A stretch of 15,741 nucleotides of DNA, taken from IMG/VR virus record IMGVR_UViG_3300043313_001602, one strand, 5' to 3'. The stretch is from a virus. Shown here piece by piece: positions 13,961-15,741 of the stretch; within the stretch, counting starts at the first letter, position 1, and every line of letters starts with the position of its first letter. Position numbers and translations under genes: made by a program. The notes beneath the pieces were generated by a model, which saw nothing but the letters and a program-made list of their open reading frames with translations, was not told where the DNA came from and made no database searches.

Positions 13961-14045
13961 CTATAGGGAGACCAAAGAAGAGACCACTACTGAGACAGGC
14001 CCCTGTAGTCGCGCGGTCCGCGCGACAGGCCCTGTGGATCAGACG

Positions 14046-14082
14046 TTGACGCCGTGCCCGATCGGGCAAATAGGCTTCAGGT
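14046..14082 (+). promoter_or_regulatory. Putative leaderless promoter for the 14083 operon
   Basis: TTGACG (14046-14051), a 19-nt spacer, TAGGCT (14071-14076), 6 nt, then GTG 14083. This is the same TAGGCT-N6-start geometry as the two par-region promoters. Confidence 0.55.
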
Positions 14083-14433
14083 GTGATCAGCCAACCGCCT
14101 CTCCTGCCGCCACCGGCCAAGCCGCTGGCCGCCGCTCGGGCGGCGGTGAGAAGGGCGCGAGAAAAGGCGCTGACAGCGGTGCCGACGCCGAGCTCGCTGA
14201 CACCACCGGGATCCGCTCCCCTGTCACACCCCCGCCCTACGGTGGGGGAGGTGCCCCGAGGTCGACCGGCCGCCCCCGTCCCACCGCATGGCACGCGCGC
14301 CCGGTACAACCACCGCACCGACCCGTGCCGATGCACCCGCTGCCGCGTAGCGAACACCCGGTACATCGCCGCCTACCGAACCCGGACCGCCCTCGACGAG
14401 CACCACGACCAGGCCGAGGTTCTCGCCCGATGA
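14083..14433 (+). CDS. Small protein with HGTxxxYxxxxxCRCxxC Cys motif (putative zinc-binding/DNA-binding regulator)
   Basis: The 116-aa C-terminus PPHGTRARYNHRTDPCRCTRCRVANTRYIAAYR matches a motif recurrent in actinophage and actinomycete-element DNA-binding proteins. ATGA overlap with the next gene. Confidence 0.6.
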   Translation: MISQPPLLPPPAKPLAAARAAVRRAREKALTAVPTPSSLTPPGSAPLSHPRPTVGEVPRGRPAAPVPPHGTRARYNHRTDPCRCTRCRVANTRYIAAYRTRTALDEHHDQAEVLAR

Positions 14434-14792
14434 CGAGCTCGCTCGACACCCGCCCGCAACGGCTCGACCTGAAGCTGTACGGCGGCGACGACACCGTGAT
14501 CCGGCTCACCGTCCTCGACTCGGCCGGCGCCCCGCTGGATCTCTCCGCGGGCGAGCTGCTCGCCCAGGTCCGTCCCAAGCCCGGCGACGACGAGCTCACG
14601 TGCACCCCTGTCCTCGACACCACCGAGGCCGCCCTCGGGGTCGTGTACCTGCTGTTCGCCGCCGCCTGCACCCGGGCACTGGCCGCCGGGAAAATCCACG
14701 CGTGGGACCTGCGCTACCGCGTCGCCGGGCTCGACGAACGGCTCTGTAGCGGCACGATCCACGCCCAACCCGAGGTCACGGTCGACCCATGA
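14430..14792 (+). CDS. Ig-like (BppU N-terminal-like) minor tail protein
   Basis: Internal ATG 14430 of track ORF 13785..14792. 120 aa with the pattern LKLYGGDDTVIRLTVLDSAGAPLDLSAGELLAQVRP...WDLRY...GTIHAQPEVT, typical of phage fibre/baseplate Ig-like domains. It is translationally coupled to the fibre gene. Confidence 0.55.
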   Translation: MTSSLDTRPQRLDLKLYGGDDTVIRLTVLDSAGAPLDLSAGELLAQVRPKPGDDELTCTPVLDTTEAALGVVYLLFAAACTRALAAGKIHAWDLRYRVAGLDERLCSGTIHAQPEVTVDP

Positions 14793-15487
14793 TCGAGGCC
14801 GAGATCGTCGTCCCCGCCGAGACCGTCGCCGTGATCGGCGCCCGCGCCGGGGCCCCCGGCCCCGCGGGGCCCCCGGGCGAACCCGGGCCCGCCGGCCCGC
14901 CCGGGCCCGAGGGTGACCCCGGTCCCGCCGGCCCGCCCGGCCCCACCGCCGTGAGCTCTGTCGACGGGCGCACCGGCGCCGTCACCCTCACCGACCGGTA
15001 CGTCGACACCGGCGGCGACACGATGACGGGCACGCTGAACGCGCCGTCGATCGCCCTCGGCGCGACACCGGCGACAACGGGAACAGTCCGCCTGACTAAC
15101 AACCAGGGCATCGTTTCTCGGAACGCCGCCGGCGACGCCGACCTGCACATCGCGTCGGTGTCGGCCACCAACGTGATGCAATTCGGCGTCGGCCCTGCGG
15201 CCTGCCAATTCAGCTCCAATACGTCGATCAAATTCTTGATCAGCGGGATTCGTCAGCTCGAATTCCTACCCTCCGGAGTAAGTCTCGCCGAGGGACTGGT
15301 CTTCATCTGTGGGACGACCACCGGCAACCGGATCGGCACGGCGGCCACGCAAAAGCTCGCCTTCTTCGGCGCCACCCCCGTGGTGCGCCCCACCGCCACC
15401 CCGGCGGCGGCCACCGACCCGGCCACGACCATGGCCCTGGTCAACGACCTGCGGGCGAAACTGATCGCCCTCGGTCTGATCGGGTGA
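14789..15487 (+). CDS. Tail fibre with collagen-like Gly-X-Y repeats
   Basis: GAPGPAGPPGEPGPAGPPGPEGDPGPAGPPGP, then the fibre motifs SVDGRTGAVTL and GGDTMTGTL. The actinophage minor-tail C-terminal motif KLAFFGATPV...LGLIG is also present. Confidence 0.85.
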   Translation: MIEAEIVVPAETVAVIGARAGAPGPAGPPGEPGPAGPPGPEGDPGPAGPPGPTAVSSVDGRTGAVTLTDRYVDTGGDTMTGTLNAPSIALGATPATTGTVRLTNNQGIVSRNAAGDADLHIASVSATNVMQFGVGPAACQFSSNTSIKFLISGIRQLEFLPSGVSLAEGLVFICGTTTGNRIGTAATQKLAFFGATPVVRPTATPAAATDPATTMALVNDLRAKLIALGLIG

Positions 15488-15732
15488 GACCGTACGACGA
15501 GCCCGAACACCGGGCCCTGTCGGCTCGGCTCAAGTCCGTCGAGGTGCAGTGCTGGCGGTGTCCCGCCCGGGCGAGCACCGTGGACCATGTGCCCCCGCTC
15601 GCCCGCCATCAGCACCGCCACGGCACCCGATGCTGCGAGCTGCGCCCCGCCTGCCCGGCGTGCAACTACTCGACCGGGTCCCGCCTCGCCCGCCGGGCAC
15701 GGCGCCCCGCTCCCACGTCGAGGGCGTGGTGA
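15484..15732 (+). CDS. HNH endonuclease (terminase-associated type)
   Basis: 82 aa. CWRC...DHVPPLARHQHRH...CPACN forms an HNH/zinc-finger pattern. It lies next to the terS/terL genes across the circular junction. Confidence 0.85.
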   Translation: MRPYDEPEHRALSARLKSVEVQCWRCPARASTVDHVPPLARHQHRHGTRCCELRPACPACNYSTGSRLARRARRPAPTSRAW

Positions 15733-15741
15733 TCGGCGCCC
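15673..15741 (+). repeat. Terminal direct repeat, copy 2 (identical to 1-69)
   Basis: Exact 69-nt identity with the window start. The offset of 15,672 bp gives the unit genome length. Confidence 0.97.

Larger units (their letters stand above)
1..15741. mobile_element. Complete small siphovirus-like actinophage genome (HK97-type head module) assembled as a closed circle; candidate extrachromosomal phage-plasmid
   Basis: Canonical order HNH/terS/terL/portal/protease-capsid/connectors/tail/tape measure/lysis on the + strand. Tight ATGA/GTGA overlaps between genes. Exact 69-bp end overlap. A parA-RHH cassette and a wHTH gene with a repeat array are present, and no integrase was seen. Confidence 0.85.

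Noticed and set aside
13629-14429. ORFs 13629..14366 (-) and the 13785-14429 part of 13785..14792 (+), which encode repeated PRVMLGHH / HHPGVMPQ peptides
   Set aside because: The repeated peptides are just translations of the 24-bp DNA repeats. These ORFs cross the AT-rich patch and the hairpin and have no start context. The real gene in the + frame begins at ATG 14430.

Overview
The window is one complete, circularly closed copy of a very small tailed-phage genome. Bases 1-69 recur exactly at 15673-15741, so the unit length is 15,672 bp. GC content is high and GC3 bias is strong, which points to an actinobacterial host. I used GC3 bias to separate real frames from the many long Arg/Pro/Gly-rich shadow ORFs in the track. 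Almost all genes are on the + strand and tightly packed with ATGA/GTGA start-stop overlaps. The order is: HNH endonuclease, small membrane protein, probable cos/terminator region, small terminase, large terminase, an atypical 270-bp noncoding spacer, HK97-type portal, a fused prohead protease-major capsid gene, two connector genes, major tail protein, two tail chaperone ORFs, a displaced HK97 gp10-like gene, a 530-aa tape measure, a Dit-like protein, a minor tail protein, a 50-aa holin-like ORF absent from the track, and an M23 peptidase endolysin. A non-structural core follows at 11.7-14.4 kb. It holds the only minus-strand gene (97 aa), a 43-bp divergent promoter region packed with TCAGCC repeats, a ParA-type ATPase with a small ribbon-helix-helix protein, a 409-bp noncoding region, and a winged-helix protein. 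Directly after the winged-helix gene come three perfect 24-bp tandem palindromic repeats, an AT-rich patch and a GC hairpin. The genome then ends with a Cys-motif DNA-binding-like protein, an Ig-like tail protein and a collagen-repeat tail fibre, all detached from the main tail module, followed by the HNH gene. I saw no integrase, transposase, polymerase, primase or CI-like repressor. The main hypothesis is a miniature phage-plasmid: a complete virion and lysis set plus a type Ib-like partition cassette and an iteron-like replicon or operator array. Three exact TAGGCT-N6-start-codon arrangements suggest leaderless promoters for this core. All functional calls come from motifs read by eye; no database search was possible.
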